A stretch of 64,000 nt of DNA, from assembly GCA_052034955.1 (NCBI GenBank), contig JBPOHZ010000008.1, forward strand, positions 27,614-91,613. Reading direction: 5' to 3'. Both the position numbers and the translations under genes were made by a program. Every line of letters begins with the position of its first letter. Position 1 is the first letter of the stretch. The notes beneath the pieces are model-generated. The model worked only from the letters and a program-made list of their open reading frames with translations. It was not told where the DNA came from and did no database searches. This DNA comes from Candidatus Saccharimonadota bacterium (GTDB taxonomy: Bacteria; Patescibacteriota; Saccharimonadia; Saccharimonadales; AWTP1-31). Shown here in pieces: positions 27,229-37,876 of the stretch.

Positions 27229-28270
27229 TACTATGAATAATAAATTTGCCCCGAACAATCGTCCCAGAATAATACTAATTGTAGCTGTATTTGGAGTACT
27301 GGCCGTGGTGGGCGGTGCGTTTGCAGCTAGGCATTATTATTATGATAATTTGAAACCGCTCAGCACTAGCCAGCAATCAGTAAACCTTACTATTCCCGCC
27401 GGCTCGACCTTAACTGAAGTGTCCGAGATCTTACACAAAAATTTACTTATCCGCAACAGGTGGGCTTTTAGACAATTCGTTCTCTCTAAACAATTAGAAG
27501 ACGAGATTCAAGCCGGAACCTATGCCATCAAACCTAGTCAAGGAGTCGCCGAGATCGTAGAAATTATTACCCAAGGAAAAGTCGCAAGTAACCTGGTAAC
27601 CATTAAGCCCGCACAGCGTATAGATCAAATAGAACAGACCTTAGTGAACAGTGGCTTTAGTCCCGACGAGGTCAAGACGGCTCTTGATCCGGCACAGTAC
27701 GAAGGCCATCCGGCCTTGGTAGATAAGCCGGCCGACGCAACCCTAGAGGGTTACTTGTATCCAGAATCATTCCAGAAGACAGCCGAAACCACGGCCCAAG
27801 TGATCATCCGCTCATCATTGGATGAGATGCAAAAAAGATTAACTCCGGGCGTTAGGGAATCATTTTCTAAGCGCGGCTTAAGTGTACATAAGGCAATTAT
27901 CCTGGCCTCAATAGTCGAGAAGGAAGTCTCCCGGCCGGGCGATAGAACAAAGGTGGCTCAGGTTTTCTTAAAGCGACTAAAGGCTAATATCAAGCTTCAG
28001 TCCGATGCCACCTCTAGCTATGGGGCCATACTTAATGGCCAAGAACCATCAATTACCTACCAATCAAAATACAATACTTATACTAGTCTGGGACTACCTC
28101 CTGGACCAATTAGCAACGTTAGCGAGTCTTCGTTGCAAGCTGTTGCTAACCCGGCGACCACCGACTGGCTGTATTTTGTATCTGGTGATGACGGCACAAC
28201 ACACTTCAGCAAGACCCTAGAAGAGCACGAAGCACTAACTGCAAAATACTGCACCAAGCTCTGTCAATAA
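27209..28270 (+). CDS. mltG: Endolytic murein transglycosylase MltG (YceG-like)
   Basis: 353 aa. TM anchor, ILASIVEKE catalytic-region motif, and YNTYTSLGLPPGPISN. The alternative ATG at 27233 is possible. Confidence 0.88.
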   Translation: MSIRLGSTMNNKFAPNNRPRIILIVAVFGVLAVVGGAFAARHYYYDNLKPLSTSQQSVNLTIPAGSTLTEVSEILHKNLLIRNRWAFRQFVLSKQLEDEIQAGTYAIKPSQGVAEIVEIITQGKVASNLVTIKPAQRIDQIEQTLVNSGFSPDEVKTALDPAQYEGHPALVDKPADATLEGYLYPESFQKTAETTAQVIIRSSLDEMQKRLTPGVRESFSKRGLSVHKAIILASIVEKEVSRPGDRTKVAQVFLKRLKANIKLQSDATSSYGAILNGQEPSITYQSKYNTYTSLGLPPGPISNVSESSLQAVANPATTDWLYFVSGDDGTTHFSKTLEEHEALTAKYCTKLCQ

Positions 28271-28437
28271 GTAATGACCCCTGTTAATAGAATTGTTTGG
28301 GTAGACAATCTGTGCTATTATAGAGCCATCGGTTCCTGGTATTCCACCCCTGTAATAACACCTGTGAACTGTATCAAGATTGATCGGTAAATAATAAGAG
28401 TGAGTCGATCACTCAAAATATCAATTAACAACCAATC

Positions 28438-29601
28438 TTGATCTGGGAAATATCCCGGGAGAATACAATACGTATCTTTAGTAAAACCTTAGAGCCAACC
28501 CAGCTAGTAAAGCTTGGAAGTCTACAGGATAAAACACAAAAACCTTTCAAAATAACACTGAATAAGCGTTCTCAGAAACGTGCTGTTCGGTACGGCATAT
28601 TGATGGCCAACCTGTTCTTATTGGTTGGTGTTGCTACTTTTGTGCTTCGTAGCCCAAGTGTTGCTCCCGGTGCTGCTAGCAATAGCGTCGTGTCTGGTGA
28701 ATCTACTGCGGCCACTGGTGCATTAGACCAAATATCTTCGGCTGACATAGCTGTTCATGTTGCCTATATGACCAACCTTCCAGAAGCCCCATCGGTTGCT
28801 AACAATGCCGATTCAGTTAACGCTAAGCTGGCAGTTTCGGCTTCGGACGATACAGTAATCGCCAAGCCACAAGTGGTGGCTACTAGCCTAAAATCCTACA
28901 AGGACATTATTCGATATAAAACCGTAAAAGGCGACACTATACCAAAGATTGCTAAGCGATTCGGTATTACCTCTGACACTGTCCGTTGGTCTAACGGTTT
29001 GCAGGGTGATAACGTCGATGCCGGTAAATCTTTGCTGATTTCTCCTGTTAATGGTGTAGTCCTAAAGATCAAGAAGGGCGACACTATCGCCAGCATCGCT
29101 TCAAAATATAGCGCCGACAAGCAACAGCTTATCGCAGACAACGATGCCGAAGTTGGTAGCCTAAAACCAGGCCGACTCTTCCTAGTACGTGGCGGAAAGG
29201 TTGCATCACCTCGCGTAGCGAGATTTAGCAGGCCATCTGGTTTTGCTTGGGGTGGCGGACAGGCAGTTTATGGATCTAACGGTTATGACTATGGATATTG
29301 TACTTGGTATGTTGCTAACCGTCGCGCTCAAGCAGGAAAGCCAATCCCTAATAACTTAGGTAATGCCAGCACCTGGAAGGCTTTAGCCGCCCGTGCTGGA
29401 TTCTCTGTCGGTAATCGTCCTCAAGCAGGCGCGGTTATTTGGACACCTCCTCGCGACTATTACGGTCACGTTGGCTATGTCGAAAAGGTTAACAGTGACG
29501 GAAGTGTGCTTGTTTCCGAGATGAACACTCGTGGTTGGGCTGTACGCAGCACCAAAACACTTTCTGCATCTGACGCTGCCCGCTACTCCTACATCTACTA
29601 A
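28438..29601 (+). CDS. Peptidoglycan hydrolase with two LysM domains and a C-terminal CHAP domain
   Basis: LysM-like YKTVKGDTIPKIAKRFGIT... and LKIKKGDTIASIASKYSAD.... CHAP motifs YGYCTWYVANRR and GHVGYVE. The start codon is uncertain because TTG 28438 lies inside a predicted stem. Confidence 0.8.
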   Translation: MIWEISRENTIRIFSKTLEPTQLVKLGSLQDKTQKPFKITLNKRSQKRAVRYGILMANLFLLVGVATFVLRSPSVAPGAASNSVVSGESTAATGALDQISSADIAVHVAYMTNLPEAPSVANNADSVNAKLAVSASDDTVIAKPQVVATSLKSYKDIIRYKTVKGDTIPKIAKRFGITSDTVRWSNGLQGDNVDAGKSLLISPVNGVVLKIKKGDTIASIASKYSADKQQLIADNDAEVGSLKPGRLFLVRGGKVASPRVARFSRPSGFAWGGGQAVYGSNGYDYGYCTWYVANRRAQAGKPIPNNLGNASTWKALAARAGFSVGNRPQAGAVIWTPPRDYYGHVGYVEKVNSDGSVLVSEMNTRGWAVRSTKTLSASDAARYSYIY

Positions 29602-30338
29602 GCAGTATGTTTTTGTAAAAACTCAAATAGAGCTTTAACAGTATAGTCACCTAGCGACGGCATTTTAGCCAGCTCTACGATATTCAGTGTGCCCTTAGGA
29701 AAGCTAATTGCACGAATCTTACGGTCTGCATTGTAATGCACTTCAACTTCGCCATCGGCTACCCAATCAGTCATATAACTATTTTTCCTGAGAAGTGTCA
29801 TCACTTTTCCAGGTAAAATATTATTAGAACTTCGTGGAGTTGGCGTAATGAGTGCTACTAATTGTTGTTTAAAGTGGACATATCTATCTTTTACATCGCC
29901 AGACATATATGCTTCGCCGACATGAAATCCATCCAAAAGTAAAGTTACAGGTGCAAAATCTACTTCAGAAGGTACCTCTACTTGTCTAGTAGTCTCTATA
30001 GGTTCTCGTTTAGTCTCTATAGGTTCTCGTTTTGTAGTTAAACCACGAGCACGTCTTTCGAAAAGTCTATTTGTCGCACTTACTTGTCGATTTTCATGTA
30101 TTTTTGTATCTAGTGCTTCACGTTCAGCCAAAAGATAAGAGTGCCTGTCTTCGATCTGCTGATCTTCTCTAGAGATACGTTCGGCTAAGGCATTTGATAT
30201 AGTTAATAGCCGATTTTCTTGTACAGCATTAGCGGCGGATAAACGATCCTCATCTGAGAGTTGGCCTAGACTTTCAATTACGTCAGAAACATCAAGAAAG
30301 GTTAGTACTTCATCTCGTACTTGTTCGAAATTTGACAT
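29598..30338 (-). CDS. Hypothetical protein (coiled-coil N-terminal half; contains the KREPIET x2 duplication)
   Basis: 246-aa ORF and the only minus-strand gene in this stretch. Its stop overlaps the convergent CHAP gene stop (CTAA). Confidence 0.55.
   Translation of the reverse strand: MSNFEQVRDEVLTFLDVSDVIESLGQLSDEDRLSAANAVQENRLLTISNALAERISREDQQIEDRHSYLLAEREALDTKIHENRQVSATNRLFERRARGLTTKREPIETKREPIETTRQVEVPSEVDFAPVTLLLDGFHVGEAYMSGDVKDRYVHFKQQLVALITPTPRSSNNILPGKVMTLLRKNSYMTDWVADGEVEVHYNADRKIRAISFPKGTLNIVELAKMPSLGDYTVKALFEFLQKHTA
29991..30032. repeat. Perfect 21-bp tandem duplication (2 units)
   Basis: AGTCTCTATAGGTTCTCGTTT occurs twice back to back, in frame within the minus-strand ORF. 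Confidence 0.95.
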
Positions 30339-30418
30339 ATCATAATTATAAAATAATATTAACTTTAAAGCAATTACTTGATTGCTAATCTAAGCTAAAA
30401 ATTGTATAATTAACAGAT

Positions 30419-31696
30419 ATGTTCGTAGACAAAGCAACAGTTAAAGTTGGGGCAGGTGATGGTGGCGATGGCTATGTTAGTTTTCGCCAGGAAAAATTCA
30501 TCGACAGAGGTGGCCCAGATGGCGGTGACGGTGGTAATGGTGGAAGCGTAATTATGATCGCCAGCCGTAATCAAAATACTCTGGCTAGCTTTCGATATCA
30601 CAAAGAGCTTCTAGCCGATCCCGGTAAGCCAGGCTTTTCACAAAAGAAGCATGGCCGTAATGGTAAAGACCGGATTATCCAGGTTCCGGTTGGTACAATG
30701 GTCCGAAACGACGAAGGCACACTACTCGCTGACTTCGTTAATGACCAACAAGAAATTATTATCGCTCATGGTGGAAAGGGTGGCTTTGGTAACGCTCACT
30801 TTGTATCATCTACCAGACAAGCTCCAAGGGTCGCCGAAAAAGGTGAACGAGGTCAGATACTAGAACTCCATCTAGAACTCAAAGTTATTGCCGATGTAGG
30901 AATTGTAGGACTCCCAAACGCCGGTAAATCTACGTTGCTTGCCAGCGCCAGCAACGCTCGACCAGAAATTGCCAACTATGCCTTTACGACACTTATTCCA
31001 AATCTAGGAGTTGTCGATCTAGACAGCAAATCTAGCCTGCTACTCGCAGACGTTCCTGGTCTTATAGAAGGCGCAAGCCAGGGCAAAGGTCTTGGTGACG
31101 AATTCTTGCGTCATGTCGAGCGTACAAGCGTTCTGATGCACATGATTGACGCTTACGGTGATGATCCAGTTGCGGCCTACAAGACAGTTCAAAAAGAACT
31201 TGCTGATTATCAGGTTGACCTAACTACCCGTCCGCAAGTTGTGGTCCTAAATAAAATAGATGGATTAGACGATGAAATTATCGACGACCTACAGAAGCAA
31301 CTTAAAAAAGTAATTCCAAAGGGTACACTGCAGTTTGCCATCTCGGCTCAAAGTGGAAAGAACGTTAAAGAAATGATGTTTGCCATCAAAAAGGTAGTAG
31401 ACACCGAACGTACCAAGCACGCCGAAGAGCTAGAGGCCAATGCCGAGCTTCCTGTTATTAAACTTCCTGACACCATGAATAGCTGGAATGTCGAAAAGAG
31501 CGGTAAGAAGTTTATTGTTACCGGACGAAAGATCGAGCGCTTTGCCGAGCGTACCGACTTTGGCAATAACCACAGCGTCGAGCGACTTCGAGACATTATG
31601 AAAAAGATGGGCATCATGCACCAACTTCGTCGCATGGATGTTGAAGCCGGACAGAAAATTGTCTTTGGTCGTGACCTTGGCTCTATCGAATACTAG
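30419..31696 (+). CDS. obg: GTPase Obg/CgtA
   Basis: 425 aa. Glycine-rich Obg fold (GGDGGNGGSV), G1 GLPNAGKST, G3 DVPGLIEGA, G4 NKID, and a C-terminal OCT-like domain. Confidence 0.93.
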   Translation: MFVDKATVKVGAGDGGDGYVSFRQEKFIDRGGPDGGDGGNGGSVIMIASRNQNTLASFRYHKELLADPGKPGFSQKKHGRNGKDRIIQVPVGTMVRNDEGTLLADFVNDQQEIIIAHGGKGGFGNAHFVSSTRQAPRVAEKGERGQILELHLELKVIADVGIVGLPNAGKSTLLASASNARPEIANYAFTTLIPNLGVVDLDSKSSLLLADVPGLIEGASQGKGLGDEFLRHVERTSVLMHMIDAYGDDPVAAYKTVQKELADYQVDLTTRPQVVVLNKIDGLDDEIIDDLQKQLKKVIPKGTLQFAISAQSGKNVKEMMFAIKKVVDTERTKHAEELEANAELPVIKLPDTMNSWNVEKSGKKFIVTGRKIERFAERTDFGNNHSVERLRDIMKKMGIMHQLRRMDVEAGQKIVFGRDLGSIEY

Positions 31697-31730
31697 TATT
31701 TACTGGTTCTCCGATTTATACTGGTCAAAT

Positions 31731-31979
31731 ATGGAAACACCTATTCAAACTAAACACGAAGAAGTTCTATCTGCAATTAATAGAGTAAGAAATGCCGAGA
31801 TAGGATTAGTCGCCCTAGATGGACTTGCTGTAGCAACAGATTATGTGCCAGTGTTACCAGGTATTTTGGTGGCTGTTGGTATTGGTCTGGCTGCAGTATC
31901 TACCCATATGCTTGGCAACAGGGTTAGGCACAATATGCCAATGACTCACCAAGAATGGTCTAGAGCGCCGTTAAGCTAG
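31731..31979 (+). CDS. Hypothetical small membrane protein
   Basis: ATG 31731 is preferred over the upstream start that overlaps obg. One or two hydrophobic helices. Confidence 0.4.
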   Translation: METPIQTKHEEVLSAINRVRNAEIGLVALDGLAVATDYVPVLPGILVAVGIGLAAVSTHMLGNRVRHNMPMTHQEWSRAPLS

Positions 31980-31980
31980 G

Positions 31981-32385
31981 ATGACCAAGTCTGTTAACTC
32001 TTGTGTGGTGTATGTCTTAACCAAATATTTCGAAAACAATTGGCCTGGAGATCTAGCAGTAGCTCAGCAAAAAGCGCTTAACAATAAACTGCCGTTAGCG
32101 GTAGTTTATTGCTTAGAACAGTGGAATGACCATGAGCTAGACGAGCTTCGTCCGGTAGAGACTGATCTGGCAGATTTAGGTATTCCACTAATCGTATTAA
32201 TAGGAGAGGCCAAGGCAACATTAAATGGCTTTATTCATCACACTAATCCTAGCCACCTAGCAAAGTACGATTCCAATTATCAGGATGATGGTCGGTTGAT
32301 TAGTCATCCAATATCTTGGCCAGGCGTGGTAATTAAGATTAATCAACTAGAAGAGCTTCATGCTAAAGGTAAATTAGCATGTTAA
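31981..32385 (+). CDS. Hypothetical protein (weak resemblance to the photolyase N-terminal alpha/beta domain)
   Basis: 134-aa ORF. The alternating beta-alpha pattern VVYVL...LAVVYCL...IPLIVLIG was judged by eye only. Confidence 0.3.
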   Translation: MTKSVNSCVVYVLTKYFENNWPGDLAVAQQKALNNKLPLAVVYCLEQWNDHELDELRPVETDLADLGIPLIVLIGEAKATLNGFIHHTNPSHLAKYDSNYQDDGRLISHPISWPGVVIKINQLEELHAKGKLAC

Positions 32386-32433
32386 GTATGTAGTGCTCAT
32401 GGCGCGCTGGGCGGGCAATGATACACTGTCTGC

Positions 32434-33888
32434 ATGGCAGACACATTTTACTTTTACGACCTAGAGACTTCAGGAATTAAACCCCGCGAATCACGTATCA
32501 TGCAGTTTGCTGGCCAGCGCACCGACCTAGACCTCAACCCGATTGGCGAGCCTCACAATATCTTGATCGCTCTATCCGAAGATATTCTTCCAGACCCAGA
32601 TGCCATACTGGTGACCGGTATTACTCCACAACATACTATAGCCGAAGGCACTACCGAGGCAGACTTTTTAAATACTTTTCACCAAGAGATAGCCACACCG
32701 GGGACAATCTTTGTTGGTTATAATTCGGTTCGATTTGATGATGAGTTTATGAGGGCAGTAAACTACCGAAATTTTTACGACCCCTATCAGTGGCAATGGA
32801 AAGAAGATCGATCGCGTTGGGATTTGTTGGATGTAGTTAGGATGACTCGGGCATTAAGGCCAGAGGGAATTAATTGGCCAGTCGACGCCGAAGGCAAGCC
32901 AACTAACCGGCTAGAGCTTTTGACGGCTCAAAATGGGCTAGATCACAGCAATGCACATGATGCCCTGAACGATGTTTTGGCAACTATTTCCTTGGCTCAG
33001 TTACTCAAGCAAAAACAACCTAAATTATTCGACTATCTTTTGAAGGTACGATCCAAGGCTGCGGTTCAGCAACTTGTCAGGTCAAATCAACCATTTGTAT
33101 ATACATCTGGCAAGTACGATAATCAGACCAATAAGACTGCAGTTGTAGTTATGCTGGCCGAGAACCATCGGGGTGATGGGGCTTTAGTGTACGACCTAAG
33201 GCACGACCCAAGCCAGTTCTCGGGCATGTCTGCTAAAGACTTGGTAGAGGCTTGGCAATGGCAGAAGCCCGAAGATCGAGATGACAGTAAACCAAGGCTG
33301 CCTATCAAAACCCTCAAGTACAATCGCTGCCCGGCAGTGGCCCCGTTGGGGGTTATAAAAACCGATGGTGTTGCCCAGGAGCGAATTGGAGTGGATATGG
33401 ATTTAATTCAGTCAAATCTTCACAAGCTAAAGGCTGTTCCGGAGTGGCCAGAACGGGTGCTCGAGGCCCTGGAGATTATGGATCAAGCTCAGAACGAGCG
33501 ATTTGCCGATCAAAAAACCAATGTTGATGCCCAGATCTATGATGGATTCATGGGGGATGGCGATGTAAGTACGATGGAACAGATTCGACAAGCCAACCCC
33601 GAGCAGTTAGCCAGCTTTATACCTAAATGCAAAGACAATCGCCTCAAACAGCTTTTGCCGCTATATAAAGCCCGCAATTATCCCCGAAAACTTACTGACG
33701 CAGAAAGGCAGCAGTGGGAAGAATATAAAAAACATCAGCTGTTTGACGGTGGCCAACAAAGCCGCTTGGCAGCCTACTTTGCACGCCTAGAAGAACTAAC
33801 TAAGAAACCGGGCTTAACGGACGCCCAAAAGTATCTACTAGAGGATTTGCAGTTGTACGGGCAAAGTCTTATGCCAACTGATGAGTAG
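32434..33888 (+). CDS. sbcB: Exodeoxyribonuclease I
   Basis: 484 aa. DEDDh ExoI motif FYFYDLETSG, plus YNSVRFDDEF and HDALNDV. TGATACACT ends 6 nt before the ATG. Confidence 0.9.
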   Translation: MADTFYFYDLETSGIKPRESRIMQFAGQRTDLDLNPIGEPHNILIALSEDILPDPDAILVTGITPQHTIAEGTTEADFLNTFHQEIATPGTIFVGYNSVRFDDEFMRAVNYRNFYDPYQWQWKEDRSRWDLLDVVRMTRALRPEGINWPVDAEGKPTNRLELLTAQNGLDHSNAHDALNDVLATISLAQLLKQKQPKLFDYLLKVRSKAAVQQLVRSNQPFVYTSGKYDNQTNKTAVVVMLAENHRGDGALVYDLRHDPSQFSGMSAKDLVEAWQWQKPEDRDDSKPRLPIKTLKYNRCPAVAPLGVIKTDGVAQERIGVDMDLIQSNLHKLKAVPEWPERVLEALEIMDQAQNERFADQKTNVDAQIYDGFMGDGDVSTMEQIRQANPEQLASFIPKCKDNRLKQLLPLYKARNYPRKLTDAERQQWEEYKKHQLFDGGQQSRLAAYFARLEELTKKPGLTDAQKYLLEDLQLYGQSLMPTDE

Positions 33889-34048
33889 TATCAGTAACCT
33901 GTTTGGTATCAACAGTCTTGCGTGATTTGTTGATCTCTACCAATAATAGAGCAGACAAAGTAAATAATAGTGCTATCAAAAGCACCCAGCGAACGGTTAA
34001 TACAATGTTTGTACCAGGAACAATCCCCAGAACGATGAAGTCCAACAT
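33869..34048 (-). CDS. Small hydrophobic protein (59 aa), not in the ORF track
   Basis: My translation is MLDFIVLGIVPGTNIVLTVRWVLLIALLFTLSALLLVEINKSRKTVDTKQVTDTTHQLA. GGAG lies 9 nt upstream. It sits 75 nt downstream of pheA on the same strand, and its 3' end overlaps the sbcB stop by 20 nt. Confidence 0.45.
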   Translation of the reverse strand: MLDFIVLGIVPGTNIVLTVRWVLLIALLFTLSALLLVEINKSRKTVDTKQVTDTTHQLA

Positions 34049-34123
34049 TTTCAGCGTCTCCCACTAAATATTTGATGGCATTATACATCCGAATTGTACT
34101 TATGTCAATAATATTATATTACG

Positions 34124-34963
34124 CTAATGCTTGTCAGATTTGTAGGAGCCCAGTACTTCAACTTTCCAGTTTAGTTGGCTAAGTTCTTGGAGTGCTTTTT
34201 GACCTTTATCGCTGCTTACAGGTTCATCGAAATCTATGTAAAAATTGTATATTCTTTTCTTTCCAGGTAAGGGGTGGCTGTGGAGACTGGTAAGGTTAAT
34301 ATCCAGATTAGCAAAGACGCCAAGTGCGGCATATAAGTTACCGGCTTGGTCGGATTTTTCGGTAAGAACAATAGCCGTTTTATCGGCTTCTTTGGCAACG
34401 TCCGAATTCTTGGTAATACATACAAAACGAGTGTAGTTATCTAGGTCGTCGTTAACAGGAACCGCTACAATCTGCCCACCATATATTTCGGCCGCGGCAT
34501 GGCTTCCGACTGCTAATTTTAAGTCATTACCTTCACGAGTAACCATCTTAATAGCTTCAGCCGTATCATTTATCTCTGTTAATTTTGCATTTGGTAAGTT
34601 TTTGGCAAACCATTGTTCACACTGACTTAGCGCAACATTTTGGGAATAAACTTCGATGGGCAAGCTCTTTAGATCCTGAACTGTTGTTTGACTATGTCCT
34701 ACTAAACAAAGCTCAATGTGCAGTCTTGCCTCACCACAAATCTTTAACTTTTCGTTAGCCAGCAAGCGGTAGACAGGATTGATTGGACCATTTAAAGAGT
34801 TTTCTATGCCAACTACACCATAATCAGCATTGCCCAAGTTTACGCAGTTAAAAACATCTCGAAAGGTTTCGCATTCTACAATTTCAAAATCAGAATTTGG
34901 GAATAATTTGTGGGCGGCTTGCTCGTGGAAAGAGCCTTTTATGCCCTGGATGGCGATTTTCAT
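34124..34963 (-). CDS. pheA: Prephenate dehydratase (PDT plus ACT domains)
   Basis: 279 aa. N-terminal IAIQGIKGSFHEQAA, the TRF motif (NYTRFVCI), and a C-terminal ACT-like region. Confidence 0.85.
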   Translation of the reverse strand: MKIAIQGIKGSFHEQAAHKLFPNSDFEIVECETFRDVFNCVNLGNADYGVVGIENSLNGPINPVYRLLANEKLKICGEARLHIELCLVGHSQTTVQDLKSLPIEVYSQNVALSQCEQWFAKNLPNAKLTEINDTAEAIKMVTREGNDLKLAVGSHAAAEIYGGQIVAVPVNDDLDNYTRFVCITKNSDVAKEADKTAIVLTEKSDQAGNLYAALGVFANLDINLTSLHSHPLPGKKRIYNFYIDFDEPVSSDKGQKALQELSQLNWKVEVLGSYKSDKH

Positions 34964-35065
34964 AACTCAACAAGCATAACATGTCAGTAATAATTTGTAC
35001 CACTGTATAGCACTAGTAAAATATCCCAAAATAGAGTACAATTATTTGACTTTAAAGAGGTTTAA

Positions 35066-37876
35066 ATGAACGACTACATAGACGTTAAGGGTGCTCGAGA
35101 ACACAACCTAAAGAATGTCGATGTTCGCATTCCAAGGGGAAAGCTAGTTGTTATAACCGGACTAAGTGGATCTGGTAAATCTAGCCTGGCTTTTGACACC
35201 ATTTATGCCGAGGGCCAGCGTCGTTACGTAGAATCTCTAAGCAGCTATGCTCGTCAGTTTTTGGGTCTTATGGAAAAACCAGATGTTGACCAAATTGACG
35301 GGCTGAGTCCAGCAATTAGCATCGACCAAAAATCCACCAGCCGGAATCCCCGCAGTACAGTTGCTACCGTTACCGAAATATACGATTACCTGCGTCTACT
35401 TTTCGCCAGAATTGGTATTCCTCATTGCCCGGTTTGCGGCAAACCAGTTGAGCGACAAACTACCCAAGATATTGTCGATAAAATTGCTAAACAATCTGTC
35501 GACGCCAGGCTACTTATCTTGGCTCCGGTTATCATAGACAAAAAAGGTGCCTTCGAACATATCCCAGAACAGTACCAGCGTGCCGGTTTTGCTAGGGCCA
35601 GAGTCGACGGAGTGGTCTATGCCTTGGACGAATTCCCAGAACTCGATAAAAAGTATAAGCACACTATCGAAATCGTTATTGACCGTTTAGTAAACAACCA
35701 AGAGAGCCGGGGACGCTTAGCTCAATCTGTAGAACAAGGTCTAGAGATCGCCGGCGGTCAGCTAAAAGTTATTGATGCCGACCAAAATGCCGGATATTCA
35801 TATAGCTTAATGTATGCCTGCGTTGATCACCCAGAAATTAACATTCCAGAACTCGAACCCAGGACATTCAGCTTTAACAGTCCTCATGGTGCCTGCCCGG
35901 TATGTACTGGACTCGGATCAAGGCTAGAGGTTGACCCCGAACTAGTTATACCAAATGGCAGACTAACTATCGCCGAGGGGGCTATTCGCCCATTTAACCG
36001 CATCAACACCGATGCTTGGTATACCAAAAAGCTCCAAGCCGTAGCCGACCGACACGGGTTTAGCTTGCATGTTCCTACCGGTGAGCTTACCGACAAAGAA
36101 ATATACATCTTGATGTATGGTACGGGTGACGAAAAATATTCTGTTAGTTTGGGATCGGGCCGAAATTTCGAAACTACCTACGAGGGGGTAGTTAATAACC
36201 TAGAACGTCGCCACAAAGAAACAGAAAGTGATTTTATCCGTCGAGATATAGAGCGTTTCATGCAAGAGCGACCATGTCATGCCTGCCAGGGCAAACGCCT
36301 CAAGCCAGAAGTTTTGGCGGTCACTGTCGGTACTAAGTCAATTATGGATATCTGCGAAATGTCTATTGACGAGGCTGTTAGCTATTTCAATACCATTAGT
36401 CTTAACGACAAAGAATCGCATATTGCCGATATGATCTTTAAAGAGATTTGTGCTCGCCTGCAGTTCTTGCAGGACGTTGGACTAAACTATCTTAACTTAC
36501 TTCGTAGTGCAGCTACCCTAAGTGGTGGTGAGGCTCAGCGTATCCGCTTGGCAACCCAGATTGGATCAGGTCTTCAAGGTGTTCTATATGTACTAGACGA
36601 GCCATCTATTGGTTTACACCAACGTGATAACGCCAGGTTAATCTTGACCCTCAAGCATCTTCGAGATATCGGTAACTCGGTAATCGTTGTCGAACACGAC
36701 GAAGAAACCATCCGGACCGCCGACTACTTATTGGACATCGGTCCAGGAGCCGGTATTCACGGTGGGCACGTAGTAGCACAAGGAACACCAGACGAGGTGG
36801 CCAAGACCGAGAAGAGTATTACCGGTCAGTATTTACGCGGTACCAAAGAAATCGCCGCTCCAAAGAGCTACCGTAAAGGCAACGGTAAGGAACTAGTCAT
36901 TAAAGGCGCCCGAGAAAATAACCTGCAAAATGTAACAGTCCCAATTCCACTCGGAAAACTAGTAGTTGTTAGTGGTGTTTCAGGATCCGGTAAATCTAGT
37001 CTTATTAATGACATTCTAGCCAAAGAGCTATCGGCACGATTAATGCGCTCCAGTACTGTACCTGGTAAGCACGACGAGATCACTGGCATAGACCATCTAG
37101 ATAAGGTCATCATCATCGATCAATCTCCAATCGGTCGAACTCCAAGAAGTAACCCGGCAACATACACTGGCCTATTCACACCAATCCGTGAATTATTTGC
37201 CAGCGTCCCCGAAGCTAAACTACGTGGTTATAGCGCTGGACGATTTAGCTTTAACGTCAAGGGAGGCCGCTGTGAAAACTGTTCTGGCGATGGAATCATC
37301 AAGATCGAAATGCATTTTCTTCCAGATGTATATGTCCCATGCGAGGTTTGTCATGGCAAGCGTTACAACCGCGAAGCCCTAGAGATTCATTACAAGGGTA
37401 AAACAATTAGCGACGTCTTGGGCATGACCTGTGAGCAAGCTCTAGAATTCTTTAGCAATATTCCATCCATCGCTCGTAAGCTCCAAACATTGGTTGACGT
37501 TGGTCTGGGCTATATCGGACTTGGACAGCCTGCCACAACGCTTAGCGGCGGAGAAGCTCAACGTATCAAGTTAGCGAGCGAGCTTTCACGCCGACCAACT
37601 GGACGTACTTTGTACATTCTGGACGAACCAACTACCGGACTTCACATCGCAGACGTAGCTAAGCTACTTCAGGTTCTCAATGCATTAGTAGACACCGGCA
37701 ATAGTATGGTGGTTATCGAACATAACCTAGACGTAATAAAATCTGCCGACCACCTCATCGACATGGGCCCAGAAGGTGGAAATGGCGGCGGCCAAGTTGT
37801 AGCCACCGGTACTCCAAAAGAAGTCGCCAAAGTTGCCGTCAGCCATACCGGCCAATACCTCAAAGAAATGATCTAA
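35066..37876 (+). CDS. uvrA: Excinuclease ABC subunit A
   Basis: 936 aa. Two ABC modules (GLSGSGKSS and GVSGSGKSS; LSGGEAQR twice). Zinc modules CPVCG.. and CxxCxG..CxxC. Confidence 0.96.
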   Translation: MNDYIDVKGAREHNLKNVDVRIPRGKLVVITGLSGSGKSSLAFDTIYAEGQRRYVESLSSYARQFLGLMEKPDVDQIDGLSPAISIDQKSTSRNPRSTVATVTEIYDYLRLLFARIGIPHCPVCGKPVERQTTQDIVDKIAKQSVDARLLILAPVIIDKKGAFEHIPEQYQRAGFARARVDGVVYALDEFPELDKKYKHTIEIVIDRLVNNQESRGRLAQSVEQGLEIAGGQLKVIDADQNAGYSYSLMYACVDHPEINIPELEPRTFSFNSPHGACPVCTGLGSRLEVDPELVIPNGRLTIAEGAIRPFNRINTDAWYTKKLQAVADRHGFSLHVPTGELTDKEIYILMYGTGDEKYSVSLGSGRNFETTYEGVVNNLERRHKETESDFIRRDIERFMQERPCHACQGKRLKPEVLAVTVGTKSIMDICEMSIDEAVSYFNTISLNDKESHIADMIFKEICARLQFLQDVGLNYLNLLRSAATLSGGEAQRIRLATQIGSGLQGVLYVLDEPSIGLHQRDNARLILTLKHLRDIGNSVIVVEHDEETIRTADYLLDIGPGAGIHGGHVVAQGTPDEVAKTEKSITGQYLRGTKEIAAPKSYRKGNGKELVIKGARENNLQNVTVPIPLGKLVVVSGVSGSGKSSLINDILAKELSARLMRSSTVPGKHDEITGIDHLDKVIIIDQSPIGRTPRSNPATYTGLFTPIRELFASVPEAKLRGYSAGRFSFNVKGGRCENCSGDGIIKIEMHFLPDVYVPCEVCHGKRYNREALEIHYKGKTISDVLGMTCEQALEFFSNIPSIARKLQTLVDVGLGYIGLGQPATTLSGGEAQRIKLASELSRRPTGRTLYILDEPTTGLHIADVAKLLQVLNALVDTGNSMVVIEHNLDVIKSADHLIDMGPEGGNGGGQVVATGTPKEVAKVAVSHTGQYLKEMI

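Noticed and set aside
28271-28437. Possible c-di-AMP (ydaO-type) riboswitch upstream of the LysM/CHAP hydrolase
   Set aside because: The ydaO hallmarks as I recall them (GGGGA...CCCA elements, ACCCGA...CAGCUAAC...GUAAGCG) are not present. The region is kept only as an unclassified structured leader.
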